From Paraspadella gotoi (Eukaryota; Animalia; Chaetognatha): a DNA stretch of 64,000 bases. Shown in pieces: positions 40,375 to 53,020 of the stretch; position 1 is the stretch's first letter; each line of letters starts with the position of its first letter. The DNA lies in assembly GCA_051294375.1 (NCBI GenBank), contig CM119265.1, forward strand, positions 29,495,453 through 29,559,452. Reading direction: 5' to 3'. Made by a program: the position numbers and the translations under genes. The notes beneath the pieces were generated by a model. It searched no databases. It was not told the origin of the DNA and saw only the letters and a program-made list of their open reading frames with translations.

Positions 40375-41650
40375 GGTCACGTGATTGAGTATGGACGTGT
40401 AGAAGTTCACGTGATTTGGAGTGGGTGTGGAGAGGGTCACGTCATTGGGTGTGGACGTAGAGGTTACGTGATTATGGTGTGGGCCTTGACAGGGTCAAAA
40501 TGATTGGGTGTGGATCCGTGTAGAGGGTCCCACGTGATTGGTGTGTGGCATTGACAGGGTCACATGATTGAGTGTGGACGTGTAAAGGGTCAACGTGTTT
40601 TGGAGTGGGTGTGGAGAGGGTAACGTGGTTGGGTGTGGACGTGTAGAGGTTCACTGTGATTTGGAGTGGGTAACGTGATTGGGTGTAGAGGTTGGCGTGT
40701 AAGAGGTAAGGCGTAGTAAAATTTCTAAAATTAAAATTTAATTAAAATTCTAAAAGTGAGGAACGAACAACATTAATATTAAATGAACATTTATGTAATC
40801 AAAAAATTCATAATAAATTTTTACAATTTACGGCAGTTAGGCCATATTTAAATACTAGTACAAAACCAATAATGTTAAATTTTAAAAACAGTTTTTTTTA
40901 AATTTTTTTGCAGATATGGATTCGGTCATAAAAGTTGGTTAAAAAGAAAATACACTCTTTTTGAAATATTCCTTCATTAAGTGGGTCAAAAATTAGAAAA
41001 AGCTATATTTTTAAGCTGAAAATTAAACTTTTTATATATTAATATAGTTTTTTTAATTTTAACCACTTAATGAAAGAATTTTTTTAAAATGATTTATATT
41101 TTCTTTTATCACTTTTGGACGAGGATTCAATCTGCAATCAAAATAAGAAAGCTTAATTTTGAAATTTTTTGATTTTATAAGGATAGTACTATATATAAAT
41201 ATAGCCTACTGCGAAAATTAAAACATAAAATTAATTTTTATTTACAAATAAATAGTTATGGATGGTATTGTTGTTCATAATTGACTTTAGATTTTTTGTA
41301 TGTAACTTTCACTAAAAGCCTTAGTGTAGAGGGTCAAGTGATTGGGTGTGGGCGTTGATAGGGTCACATGATTGGGTGTGGACGTGTAGAGGGTCACGTG
41401 ATGTGGAGTGGGTCACGTGTTTGGGTGTGGACGTGTAGAGGGTCACGTGATTGGGTGTGGACGTGTAGAGAGTCACGTGATTTGGTGTGGGCGTTGACAG
41501 GGTCACATGATTGGGTGTAGGTGAGGCGGTCACGTGATTTGGTTGTGGTCACGGTTGATTGGGTGTGGGACGTGTAAGATGGTCACGTCGATTGGGTGTG
41601 GACGTGTAAATGGTCACGTGTTTAGGTGTGGGGGTGAGAGGGTCACGTTA
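40375..41650. repeat. 30-bp CACGTG-containing intronic minisatellite (GGGTCACGTGATTGGGTGTGGACGTGTAGA), split by a MITE
   Basis: Tandem units at 40375-40705 and 41325-41650. Confidence 0.85.
40709..41321. mobile_element. TA-flanked foldback MITE (Tc1/mariner-type target site)
   Basis: TA|AGGC...GCCT|TA ends; long imperfect inverted arms (e.g. TTCATTAAGTGG / CCACTTAATGAA); interrupts the minisatellite. Confidence 0.65.
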
Positions 41651-41892
41651 TCGGGGTATTAGATTTTAGTCGCGCCGCAAGTACTTTCGGTGAAAATCTA
41701 TAAGCTTCTTTTTGGTTTGTCTATCAGTTAGATGATCTGTGTGACGGTCTATGGATCTATCCTGTTTATATTTTAAATTTTTATAAGTCAGATAATATGG
41801 TATCGTTTAAGTTCTCATTTGTTATGTAGGTAAGGTACCATAGAATATTTCATGTACATATATATTATATTTGTGCAGTCATGTGATCATTT

Positions 41893-42725
41893 AACAAGTT
41901 TGAGCAAACAATGTCGGATCTGCCCACGATCATTATCGGTAATTAATTAATTAATTAATTAATTAATTAATTAATTAATTAATTAATTAATTAATTAATT
42001 AATTAATAATTAATTTATTCAAGTTAATTATTTAATTAATTATGCAATTATGCAATTAATTTGATCCAAAATGTTTGTTTTGATTGATTAATTAACTGAT
42101 TAATTAATTATTGATTAATTATTTGACTAATTGATTAATTAACTAATTAATTATTTGATTAATTAATACATCTTGCATTTACATTTAAAATAAAAAGAAA
42201 AAGAAGCATAAACATTTAGTGAAAAAGGTTCTTTTTTTTTTATTTAAACTCATTTCCACTCAAACGATTTCATCGAAGCTTGATTTCCAGTTTAATCACA
42301 CACTTTTCTACCCAAATACAAAATTTCAAGTCAATCGCCCCATCCACTCATGAGTAATTAGTGTTCAAATAGTGAAATATATTTTTTTGTTTTTTCCATT
42401 TAAACTCATTTCCACTCGGACGTTTCCATCGAAACTTCATATCCAGCTCAATCACACACTTCCCTACCCACACACAAAATTTCATTCCAATCCATCCATC
42501 CAATCACGAGTAATTGGTGTTTCTTGCTAAGGTGGGACGGACGGACGGACGGATGGAAGTATGGACGGACGGACGGACAGACGGACGGACCGACGGACAT
42601 CGTTTTTTTTGCATAATTTATCATAATTCGATGTTCTGACATGATATAAATGAATACCCGACAAGATTGAGGGGGCGGACCAACGGACCGACAAGGTGAA
42701 TTATAGAGTCGGGATCTGCTAAAAA
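41893..42725 (-). mobile_element. HINE-like element, long form
   Basis: Reverse complement of 19553-20309: AACAAGTTTGAGCAAACAATGTCGGATCTGC..(ATTA)n..(GGAC)n..GAGTCGGGATCTGC. Confidence 0.7.
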
Positions 42726-43176
42726 ATAAAACAAAAATTTGACATTTCCTATCTATAAATAAATATTAAAAAATTAATTACTAGTGTTTTAGCCATTTTA
42801 GAAAATTTTGGTCCATTGGAAGTTTTCTTAGAATTGTATGAAATTTCGTTTGGGAAGGTTCCCAAATCAAACTTCTGATCCCCCCCCCATTGACAAAGTT
42901 TGGCCCTAATAGGAGAACGTTTGTTATGCAGATGTGGTCAAAAAAAAATTTAAACGTTGAACCCCTTACTATCTCGCTTGTCTTAATTAAACCTTGGGGT
43001 TACTAGAAAGCCAAAACAAAGATCTTTTATTCGAGCCCATGACGAGGTTTCTAGGCTAAATAATAGAAGCTGTACTAAAATTTAAAAAATGATTACAATT
43101 TTGTTTTACAATTTTCTTTTTTAACTTAAAAAAAAATTATCCATCTTTGTTTATTGTTTTTATGTATTTTTTTACA

Positions 43177-43521
43177 TGGAAACTTCAAAACAGCTAACCC
43201 CCAAAAAGAAAACTGCAATTGTTAAGCTTCGGAAGGCAGGTTTGTTAAGATACAGTTTGCCAAACAGTTAAATTTCTTTACTACCACCATCTGCAGAGTT
43301 GTCACCAAATTTAAAGCAACTGGAGATCTTGGACAAACTGTTGGAAAGAGGTGGCCTCGCATATCCTTGGAGAGCAAAGACAATAACCTGGAAGGTCTCA
43401 CAATTCAAGACCGTGAGGCTTTTGCAAACCAGTTGAAAAAAAAATGGAGAGAAGAACGAGGAATTGTCGCCAGTCGTTCAACAGTGAATAGGCGGCTTTT
43501 CATGGAGGATGAAGCTCCTGG
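43177..43521 (+). pseudogene. Tc1/mariner transposase N-terminal (paired HTH) remnant
   Basis: METSKQLTPKKKTAIVKLRKAG..AKQL..TTICRVVTKFKATG..R.PR..STVNRRL with frameshifts; runs into an N-gap. Confidence 0.7.
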
Positions 43522-44720
43522 NNNNNNNNNNNNNNNNNNNNNNNNNNNNNNNNNNNNNNNNNNNNNNNNNNNNNNNNNNNNNNNNNNNNNNNNNNNNNNN
43601 NNNNNNNNNNNNNNNNNNNNNNNNNNNNNNNNNNNNNNNNNNNNNNNNNNNNNNNNNNNNNNNNNNNNNNNNNNNNNNNNNNNNNNNNNNNNNNNNNNNN
43701 NNNNNNNNNNNNNNNNNNNNNNNNNNNNNNNNNNNNNNNNNNNNNNNNNNNNNNNNNNNNNNNNNNNNNNNNNNNNNNNNNNNNNNNNNNNNNNNNNNNN
43801 NNNNNNNNNNNNNNNNNNNNNNNNNNNNNNNNNNNNNNNNNNNNNNNNNNNNNNNNNNNNNNNNNNNNNNNNNNNNNNNNNNNNNNNNNNNNNNNNNNNN
43901 NNNNNNNNNNNNNNNNNNNNNNNNNNNNNNNNNNNNNNNNNNNNNNNNNNNNNNNNNNNNNNNNNNNNNNNNNNNNNNNNNNNNNNNNNNNNNNNNNNNN
44001 NNNNNNNNNNNNNNNNNNNNNNNNNNNNNNNNNNNNNNNNNNNNNNNNNNNNNNNNNNNNNNNNNNNNNNNNNNNNNNNNNNNNNNNNNNNNNNNNNNNN
44101 NNNNNNNNNNNNNNNNNNNNNNNNNNNNNNNNNNNNNNNNNNNNNNNNNNNNNNNNNNNNNNNNNNNNNNNNNNNNNNNNNNNNNNNNNNNNNNNNNNNN
44201 NNNNNNNNNNNNNNNNNNNNNNNNNNNNNNNNNNNNNNNNNNNNNNTTCCTCAGTGGACTTTCCATTCGCCTTTAAGTATGAAAAATATATTGTACGATA
44301 CATTTGGTCAAAAATAAGTTTAATAGTTAAAATAAAATGCATTTTTTATTTCGGGCGAATTTTGAAGGAACAGCATATCTATTTTTAAGACTCTATTAAA
44401 ATGTTCTCTCAGACTCGCTATTTACTATGATATGCTAGAGGAGACGTATAGTGCTTGCTGTATCGGCTAGCGAGAAATGAAAGGGTTCAGCCTTCCCGCC
44501 GAATCAATTTTAATTTTTTAATTGTGTCTGGATTTCTATGCGAAACTTCCTTTATCCTCTAACGAGTTTCCCGAGTTTCTCGGCCCCAACTTCAGCAACT
44601 CTTGAGGTCCTCGAGTTTTTCTCTAGGTGCGGGCGGGGGGTGGGTAGTTTAGATCGCTTGCTTTGTGTCTTTTAGCAGCCTGAAGGGACAAAGACAGGGA
44701 TGTGAATGGAATATAGAATG

Positions 44721-44944
44721 CTCTGAAAAGGTATCCTAATGTGGGAAAATATATATTGACGTCAGGAAAATCTATACGGCGACAAAATCATGAGGGTAAA
44801 AAAAGGGAGAAACTAGTAGGAGAAGAGAGAAAGGTGAACTGAATCTCGTGAACGCGGCCCCGAATCCCTGGAAGGAGGATGAAGAGGAGGTGAATGAGAA
44901 AGAGGGGGTAATAGACCCTCGTCTGTCTATCACCCTTTATACTG
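44721..44944 (+). repeat. ~225-bp dispersed repeat (also 51205-51423 on minus; noisy copy ~50557-50790)
   Basis: Shared CTCTGAAAAGG..GAAAATCTATACGGCGACAAAATC..CGCGGCCCCGAATCCCTGG..ATAGAC..GTCTAT..TTTATACT. Confidence 0.75.
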
Positions 44945-45960
44945 GAATGGACCAAGACAGGGATAAGAAAGGGAATGATAGGGATGTGAATGGACAAACA
45001 CAAGAAAGTGAATGGACAAAGACAGGGATAAGAAGGGACAAAGATAGGGATAAGAAGGGGAATGACAGCGATGTGAATGGACAAANNNNNNNNNNNNNNN
45101 NNNNNNNNNNNNNNNNNNNNNNNNNNNNNNNNNNNNNNNNNNNNNNNNNNNNNNNNNNNNNNNNNNNNNNNNNNNNNNNNNNNNNNNNNNNNNNNNNNNN
45201 NNNNNNNNNNNNNNNNNNNNNNNNNNNNNNNNNNNNNNNNNNNNNNNNNNNNNNNNNNNNNNNNNNNNNNNNNNNNNNNNNNNNNNNNNNNNNNNNNNNN
45301 NNNNNNNNNNNNNNNNNNNNNNNNNNNNNNNNNNNNNNNNNNNNNNNNNNNNNNNNNNNNNNNNNNNNNNNNNNNNNNNNNNNNNNNNNNNNNNNNNNNN
45401 NNNNNNNNNNNNNNNNNATGAACAAAGACAGGGAGTAGATTGGACAAAGACAGGGATAAGAAAGGGAATGACAGGGATGTGGATGGACAAACACAAGAAA
45501 GTGAATGGACAAAGACAGGGATAAGAAGGGGAATGACAGCGATGTGAATGGAGAAACACAAGGAAGTGAATGGACAAAGACATGGATAAGAAGGGACAAA
45601 GACAGGGATTCTAATGAACAAAGACAGGGAGTAGATTGGACAAAGACAGGGATTAGAAGGGGAATGACAGGGATGTGATTGGACAAACACAAGAAAGTGA
45701 ATGGACAAAGACAGGGATAAGAAGGAACAAAGACAGGGATTCTAATGAACAAAGACAGGGAGTAGATTGGACAAAGACGATAAGAAGGGGAATTAGGTAG
45801 AGGGATGTTAATGGACAAAGTCAGGAAAGTGAATGGACAATGACCGGGCGGTGAATGGACAAAGACATTGATGTGAATGAATGAAGACAGGCATGTTGAT
45901 GGACAATGACAGGGATTGAATTTGACAAAGACATAGTTGTAAAAGGACAAATAAGTGGAT
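44945..45960. repeat. Complex minisatellite built on GGACAAAGACAGGGA
   Basis: Higher-order tandem units spanning an N-gap. Confidence 0.8.
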
Positions 45961-46032
45961 GTATTCACAAAGTCATAAATTTATTTCATTTAAATTTGTT
46001 TTTATTGTCTTACTCATATATCACTAATCACT

Positions 46033-46074
<42 letters not shown>

Positions 46075-46328
46075 CCTCTCTCACTCCCTCCCCACTGAGA
46101 AAGCTTGTATAGAGAGACCTCCAGGTTAAACTCCCGCTCTTCTCCGGACCCACCATGCTAAATTCGTAATTTAACTTATTTTCATATTTGTATATTATGT
46201 AGAAATAAATTTCCTTTGCAAGTACATAAATGTATGTACCGCTCTGAAACATATTTTATTGTTAATTTGTTAACTCTCACATTTGAGAGTATTACAAATC
46301 AAATCAAGTCAATTTTCTTTCTCCCCAC

Positions 46329-46538
46329 CTGTAAATCATAGGCCATGTCGGCTTGGCTTTTCTTGGATTGGACCTCCCGGTCGTAAGAGGCCTTTTTCAG
46401 ATGGAAGTCTCTCTCTGCTTTTGCAATTTCGACGTCATTTTGGAACCGCGCTGCCATCCGTTGCTCTTCGGCGATGGCTTCCTTGATCCCCGCATCCCGA
46501 CGAGCTTCTGCTTCGCCGATTCGTGCGTCACGTTTTAC
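46329..46538 (-). CDS. FLOT1: Flotillin-1 internal exon (70 codons)
   Basis: [70 protein letters not shown]; AG/GT boundaries, phase 0/0. Confidence 0.95.
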
Positions 46539-47016
46539 CTGACGAGTTGATGGGGGNNNNNNNNNNNNNNNNNNNNNNNNNNNNNNNNNNNNNNNNNNNN
46601 NNNNNNNNNNNNNNNNNNNNNNNNNNNNNNNNNNNNNNNNNNNNNNNNNNNNNNNNNNNNNNNNNNNNNNNNNNNNNNNNNNNNNAATACGTCTAGGGGG
46701 GGTTGCAGTTAAAGTGGGTTAAAGGGGTTTAAGGAGTTAAGGACAATGAAGAAATCATCATTCAACAATATTACTTCAATTTATAATAATCTGAATAAAA
46801 TTTTAACCCATAAATTAATATTAACGTTTATTGTTTTAAATTTTTTTTTTTTAAGTATTTTAACTTAGATTGACATACTATAATCACCAGCCATTAGAGA
46901 AGAAAACCTAGTAGCTCATGTTTGCACAGTCTCTATTAATTTATTCTTGCAGAGACACTATGTCTATTCAGGCATGGTCAAGCTCACCATGTCCGTTGAG
47001 GCATAGTAAAGCTCAC

Positions 47017-47039
47017 CTGGGCTGTTCTAGCCATTCCCA
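47017..47039 (-). CDS. FLOT1: Flotillin-1 exon 3' end (GMARTAQ); remainder in N-gap
   Basis: Matches the conserved LGxARTAQ; GTGAGC donor in phase with the next exon. Confidence 0.85.
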
Positions 47040-47224
47040 NNNNNNNNNNNNNNNNNNNNNNNNNNNNNNNNNNNNNNNNNNNNNNNNNNNNNNNNNNNNN
47101 NNNNNNNNNNNNNNNNNNNNNNNNNNNNNNNNNNNNNNNNNNNNNNNNNNNNNNNNNNNNNNNNNNNNNNNNNNNNNNNNNNNNNNNNNNNNNNNNNNNN
47201 NNNNNNNNNNNNNNNNNNNNNNNN

Positions 47225-47260
<36 letters not shown>

Positions 47261-47471
47261 GAGCGAGAACGAGATATTTTTAAGAATTGAGTTTAAAGAA
47301 AAATAAAAATAAAGAAAACGTGAATTTAAAAAAAAAGGATTTGATTCGTTTTATTCAGTGAAACTTTTCCGTGAATCGGAAAATTGATTGATTGATTGAT
47401 TGATTTAAAGTAAGTTTTACATTTGGTTATAAAGTTTTCATGATCCNNNNNNNNNNNNNNNNNNNNNNNNN

Positions 47472-50400
47472 TATAGATATATACAGGAGGAGATATACAT
47501 AAGCAGGCTTCCATTTGCTGATGGCTAATATAACTCCGGGCTTTCGAGAGCTACAAGTTTCTGATGTGGGGTAGATATATATAGATAATATCGCGGCGCA
47601 AGATATATATACGGTCTTCCCAGCATATATATATAAATATATATATTTTATATATAAGGGATAGAACGGGCCGGATTGGCCAGTGCGCCAATAGACGCGC
47701 TGTTGGATTGGTGGATAAGAGCAGATAGAGATATAGAGAGATATTCGTAATATAGAGAGGCAGAGAGAGGAAGCGAGAGAGGAGATTGCTATAATAAATG
47801 AAAATAAATGTAAAGCCGCCATCTTGCGAAGTCGTGTGGTCATCTTTTGGCGTCTCCGTCAATTAGACCCAACTGTAAACAATGTCGTTTAATATAATAA
47901 AACATTAGGCCCAACGAGGCCCATGGTGGTGTCAGGTAAGCCCATGATAATAATAATTGAATATAATGTCGGCATTTCATATAATAGTTAGTATATAGAT
48001 ATATATATATATAATAGAATATAGAGATAAGGTCAAAATCGTTGGTAAAATTTTAGTGGACTTTTTCAATAGAAATTATGTTTGTTTCTAAGAGATAAAA
48101 TAATATAATATAGAGGTTGCAAGACTTAGCTAAAATAATTAATATAAAACTAATTATTTTAATATAATATATATATTTCTTCAATCAAATTTGATATCTT
48201 CAAGATATATGATATATATATAGACAGATATATATATAGAGTCTCTGTCTCTGTCTCTCTCATATATATATATATATATACTCTTTCTCTTCTCTGAAGA
48301 GAATTTCGGAAAATAAAAACAATTTTTTATGCCTTTTTTTTCTTATATAATATAACTTTTTCTTGCGAGATATATGTCGGCCTTAAGATCAGAGAGAGAC
48401 AGAGAGAGAAACAGACAGAATTTTAATAGATAGATAGAATAAAAAGAGAGAGAGAGAGAGAGAGACAGAGACAGAAGAGAATGTTCTGTCTTTATTCCCC
48501 GACGTCCTCCCCCCCCAGGAGAGGCTGGTGGTTCTCAGCCAGACGCAGCCGTCGACGACTGCAAGGGGAAGAGAGTCCCAGATAGAGACAACGATGTTGG
48601 GTGCATGGGTCAAAAAACAGATAAGAGAGATAGCATAGAGAGCTTACGCCCAGATGTGCAATCAGAAATATAGAGATGGGCAAGAGATATCATGTGTAAT
48701 TGTGGAGTACGAACAACAAGATATAAGATATAGATAGAAAATAAATAATATAGAGAAGACAAAGCGAAAGAATAGTGTAACATATGGTATGATATTGAGT
48801 CGAATGTCCATAAGAATGAGAGAAAAATAGAAGAGAGAAGAAGAGAGGCGAGAGAAGTAGAGAGGATAGAGAGAGATAGAGAGAGAAGAGAGAGAAGAGA
48901 GAGAGATAGATATATATCATATGTAACGATATGATAGAGAGAACAATATATATTATAATAAAATATTATATATATATTGAGAATAATCGATAAACAGTTT
49001 CACGAAATTATCATAAATATATATATTAACCCGCATATAATTTCAGGATGCTGATAGATCTTGATAGATAGAGGAGCCAGAGATATATATAGATATGAGA
49101 TATTAAGATAGACAGGTAAAGTTAGTTTCATATATTTATACATATATATATATATATAAGCCACGAATATTATTGTGGCTAGATAAACATTTTTCCTTAT
49201 TTTTTATTCTCATCGATATATTAGTCATTTGTTTTACTATATTTATAATCTTTCTCCCGGAATATACCTATTTCTATATCCTTCTTTTTTTTGCATACAT
49301 ATAATATATAACTCATCCTCCTCTCTCTCATCTCTCGAATCTCTTCTCTCTCTCTCTCTCCGCGCATTCTCTCTATTTCCCTGAGCTCTCTATTTTCTAA
49401 TTCTTCCGGCTTTCTCTGTCTCTCTTTTTTTTCCGTGCTCTCTTTGCTACTCTCTCTTCCCATTTCCTACCTCTCGCTCCTCTTTTCTCCCCTTCTCTGC
49501 TGCATCTCTGCTCTCGTCTTCCACCGTTCCCCCCCGCGCTCTCTTTTTTCTGCACTGCTTCATCCTTCGCCCTTTATCTGCATGCACTCCTTCTCTGTCG
49601 GCTCTATCCCCCCTCCCCTTTCTCTCTTTCGCTCTCCTCGTTGCTTCCTATCGAGACCGCTCCCTCTCCCTCTCTTCACCACTCATCTCCCGCACTCTCC
49701 CAACTCTTCTCTGGCGCCTCCGCTCTCCGCGCCTGCACCGTCTCTCGTTTCTTCCTTACTCCACTTTCTCTGCTCTGCTCTCGTGTCTCTCTCCCACTCC
49801 TCTGTCACCCTCCGTCTCTTCTCTTCAGGATTTGCCCTGAAGCACAGATGACTCTGACAATTGAGTCTCACCACAGTTTATACGCCGCCTTGGTGTAGCA
49901 ATATCTGTCACCGGTATCGGCCCCAGGTCCAGATGATGATAATGATTAAGATAATGGTTGGTTGACAACGGGCATGGATTGACTAATGAATCCGCGCAAG
50001 GTCAGATGATGATGAATAGTGATTTAACGATATTGGTGACACGCATGAATGACTATGACATCCTAAGGTCAGATATGATGATGTGATTAAGATAATGGTG
50101 GACAACCATGATGACTATGACATCTCCCATGTCAGATGATGGATGATAATGATTAAGATAATGATGACAACGACAGATGACTATGACATCGCCCAGGTCA
50201 TATGATAATGAATAGAAGAGATAAATGATGACAACGATGATAAAAATCCGAGGACAGAACGAGGTGATTCCTGGCAAGCGGCCATAATGATAATGATGGA
50301 TAATGATGATGATAGTAATAATTATGATTATGACATCAAGGTAAAAATTCCAAGACACGAAACGAGAGAGTGCTGGCTGCTGCCTGCCAAAATTTTTAGG

Positions 50401-50985
50401 GGCAGACAGAAAGCAGAGAATCCGTCGCAATTGGCACTGGAGACACCTTGAACGGTCAATCAAACAGCGAGCGAAATGCATGGGTAAGGAAATTGGGTTG
50501 AGGGTCAGGATATTGGGATAGGGTAAGGAAATTGGGTTAGGGTCAGGATATTCGGCTCTGAAAAGGCTATGCCTAACACGGGAAGTAAAGTCTCAGAGAC
50601 ATGCGTGAATATAATATATTGATGGCAGGCGACAAAAACGTGAGGGTAAAAAAAGTAGGAGAAGAGAGAGAAGGCTAGAAGTGAACCTCGGGAAGCGGCC
50701 GGCCAAATCTAATGGGAGGAGGATGAAGAGGAGGTGAATGAGAAGGAGTGGGGGTAATCAGACCCGCGTCGGTCTATCTCCTTTTATACCTGATTGGTTG
50801 CAGTTCAAGCTAGACACGATCATGTGTGAGAAATTGGGTCGGGTCAGGATATTGGTTAAGGTGGCAACAGTCACGATCGAGTGGTAAGGAAATTGGGTCG
50901 GGTCCAGGTATTAATGTCAGGTCAATAGTCAGATGAATAAGCTTGAGAGAGACCCGCATAGAGGTAGATCTCCTGTACTTGGTCG
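47472..50985 (+). repeat. Noisy inverted duplicate of ~51025-54290 (contains degraded copies of FLOT1 exons 1-4)
   Basis: Mirror matches at 47882-47935, ~49027-49115, 49829-49926 and 50341-50483; heavy indel and AT noise. Confidence 0.9.
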
Positions 50986-51453
50986 AAGTAAGTTTTACAT
51001 TTGGTTATAAAGTTTTCATGATCCCAACCAAGTACAGAGATCTACCTCTATGCGGGTCTCTCTAACTTATCATGTGACTTTGACCTGACATAATATTCTG
51101 ACCCGACCCAATTTCCTTACCAATGATCGTGACTATGACCTGACCCAATATCCTGACCCGACCCAATTTCTTACCAATGATCGTGTCTTTGACCTGAACC
51201 AATCAGTATAAAAGAAGATAGACCGACGCGGGTCTATTCACCTCCTCTTCATCCTCCTCCCAGGGATTCGGGGCCGCGTTCCCGAGGTTCACTTCACCTT
51301 CTCTCTCTTCTCCTACTTTTTTTACCCTCACGATTTTGTCGCCGTATAGATTTTCCTGGCATCAATATATTATTTTCCCGCATTCTCGTGACTTTACTTC
51401 CGGTTATGATTCCTTTTCAGAGCCAATATCCTGACCCGACCCAATGTCCTTAC

Positions 51454-51754
51454 CCATGATCGCTCGTTGATGACCTTCAAGTGTCTNNNNNNNNNNNNNN
51501 NNNNNNNNNNNNNNNNNNNNNNNNNNNNNNNNNNNNNNNNNNNNNNNNNNNNNNNNNNNNNNNNNNNNNNNNNNNNNNNNNNNNNNNNNNNNNNNNNNNN
51601 NNNNNNNNNNNNNNNNNNNNNNNNNNNNNNNNNNNNNNNNNNNNNNNNNNNNNNNNNNNNNNNNNNNNNNNNNNNNNNNNNNNNNNNNNNNNNNNNNNNN
51701 NNNNNNNNNNNNNNNNNNNNNNNNNNNNNCCTCGTTCTGTCCTTGGATTTTTAC
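51454..51754 (-). CDS. FLOT1: Flotillin-1 exon 4 (VKIQGQNE...ETLEGHQRAIMG), middle in N-gap
   Basis: Both ends match the SPFH domain; CAG acceptor, GTAAGG donor. The inverted copy supplies LAAACQ.FLG..EAEI..IALETL. Confidence 0.9.
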
Positions 51755-52082
51755 CTGATGTCATAATCAGAATTATTACTATCATCATCTTTATCATCAT
51801 TATCATTATTGGCTGCAGCTAGGATCTCCTCGTTCTGTCCTTGGATTTTTATCATCGTTGTCATCATTATCTTAATCATTATCATCATCATCTGACCTTG
51901 GTGATGTCATAGTCATCATGGTTGTCATCATTATCTTAATCACTATCATCATCATCTGACCTTAGGATGCATAGTATCATGGTTGGTCACCATATCTAAT
52001 CACTTCATCATCATCTGACCTTTGGCCGAGTGTCATTAGTAATCATGGTTGTACCATTATCTTAATCTTTATCATCATTGAC

Positions 52083-52173
52083 CTGGGCGGATACCGTGAC
52101 AGATATTGCTACCCAAGGCGGGTATAAACTGTGGGAGACTCCAATTTGTCAAGTCATTGTGTTCAGGGAAATC
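52083..52173 (-). CDS. FLOT1: Flotillin-1 exon 3 (RISLNTMTL.IESPTVYTRLGVAISVTGIAQ), with probable sequencing indels
   Basis: 91 nt between TTCAG and GT; motifs recovered across frames and from the inverted copy. Confidence 0.85.
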
Positions 52174-52802
52174 CTGAAGAGAAGAGCGAAGAGCGGAAGG
52201 AGAGTGGGAGAAGAGAGAGGAGAGAGAAAGGTGACTGGCAGTAAGAGACAAGAGAGAGGAGGGGGAGAGGGAGGGGAGAGAAAAGTTGGGAGAGGAGAGT
52301 GAGGGGAGAGAGGGGAGCAGGGGAGCGGGAGAGGAAAGAGGAGGGCGAAAGAGAGAAAAGGGAGGGAGGAGGGACAGAGAAGGAGTGATGAAGAGAGAAG
52401 CGGAAAGAGAGTGAAAAAAGAGAGGGGATTGGGAAGGTGGGGAGAGAGATGAGAGAGAAGAGGAAGGTGGAAAGAGGAGGCGAGAGGGGAGTGGGAAGAG
52501 AGAGTAGAAGAGAAGAAGAAAAAAGAGAGAGACAGAGAATAGGAAGAATTAGAAAGATAGAGAGTGGAAATAGAGAGTAATGCGGGCAAGAAGAGAGAGA
52601 GAGGAGGGAGCAGAGAGAGAGAGAGAGGAAAGACAAAAAGAAGATTATAGAAAATAGATTCGGAGAAAGAGATAAAACGCCAAGAATGAATTAATATATT
52701 CTTGGAGAATAAAAATAAGGAATATAATAATGTTTAGGCGTAGCAAATAAATTTGGTGGCTAACATAATTAAAGGGTGAGAAAAATGTTGACCTAACTTT
52801 AC

Positions 52803-52878
52803 CTGTCTATTCTTTGGATGTACGGCCAGACGAAAACTCGGCCACCAGCGACAAGATTGGGTTTGCTGTGACAGCATC
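52803..52878 (-). CDS. FLOT1: Flotillin-1 exon 2 ([26 protein letters not shown])
   Basis: 76-nt exon with TTTTCAG / GTAAAG boundaries and the conserved VAGGRVFV motif. Confidence 0.95.
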
Positions 52879-52987
52879 CTGAAAAAGGGATTGAAAAGAG
52901 CTATGAATAATTTTGAAACTGTTACGTATTTATTCTCAATAATATAAATTATGAAAAATAAATGTTTTTCTAAAGTATATATATATA

Positions 52988-53020
<33 letters not shown>

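Noticed and set aside
43478-44342. Long ORFs in the track (also 44788-45968 and 51467-51822)
   Set aside because: They are inflated by N-gaps and repeats.
47472-49300. Systematic AT-dinucleotide rewriting of a duplicated gene (RIP-like process)
   Set aside because: The pattern is indel-dominated and fades along the segment, typical of a low-quality raw long read.
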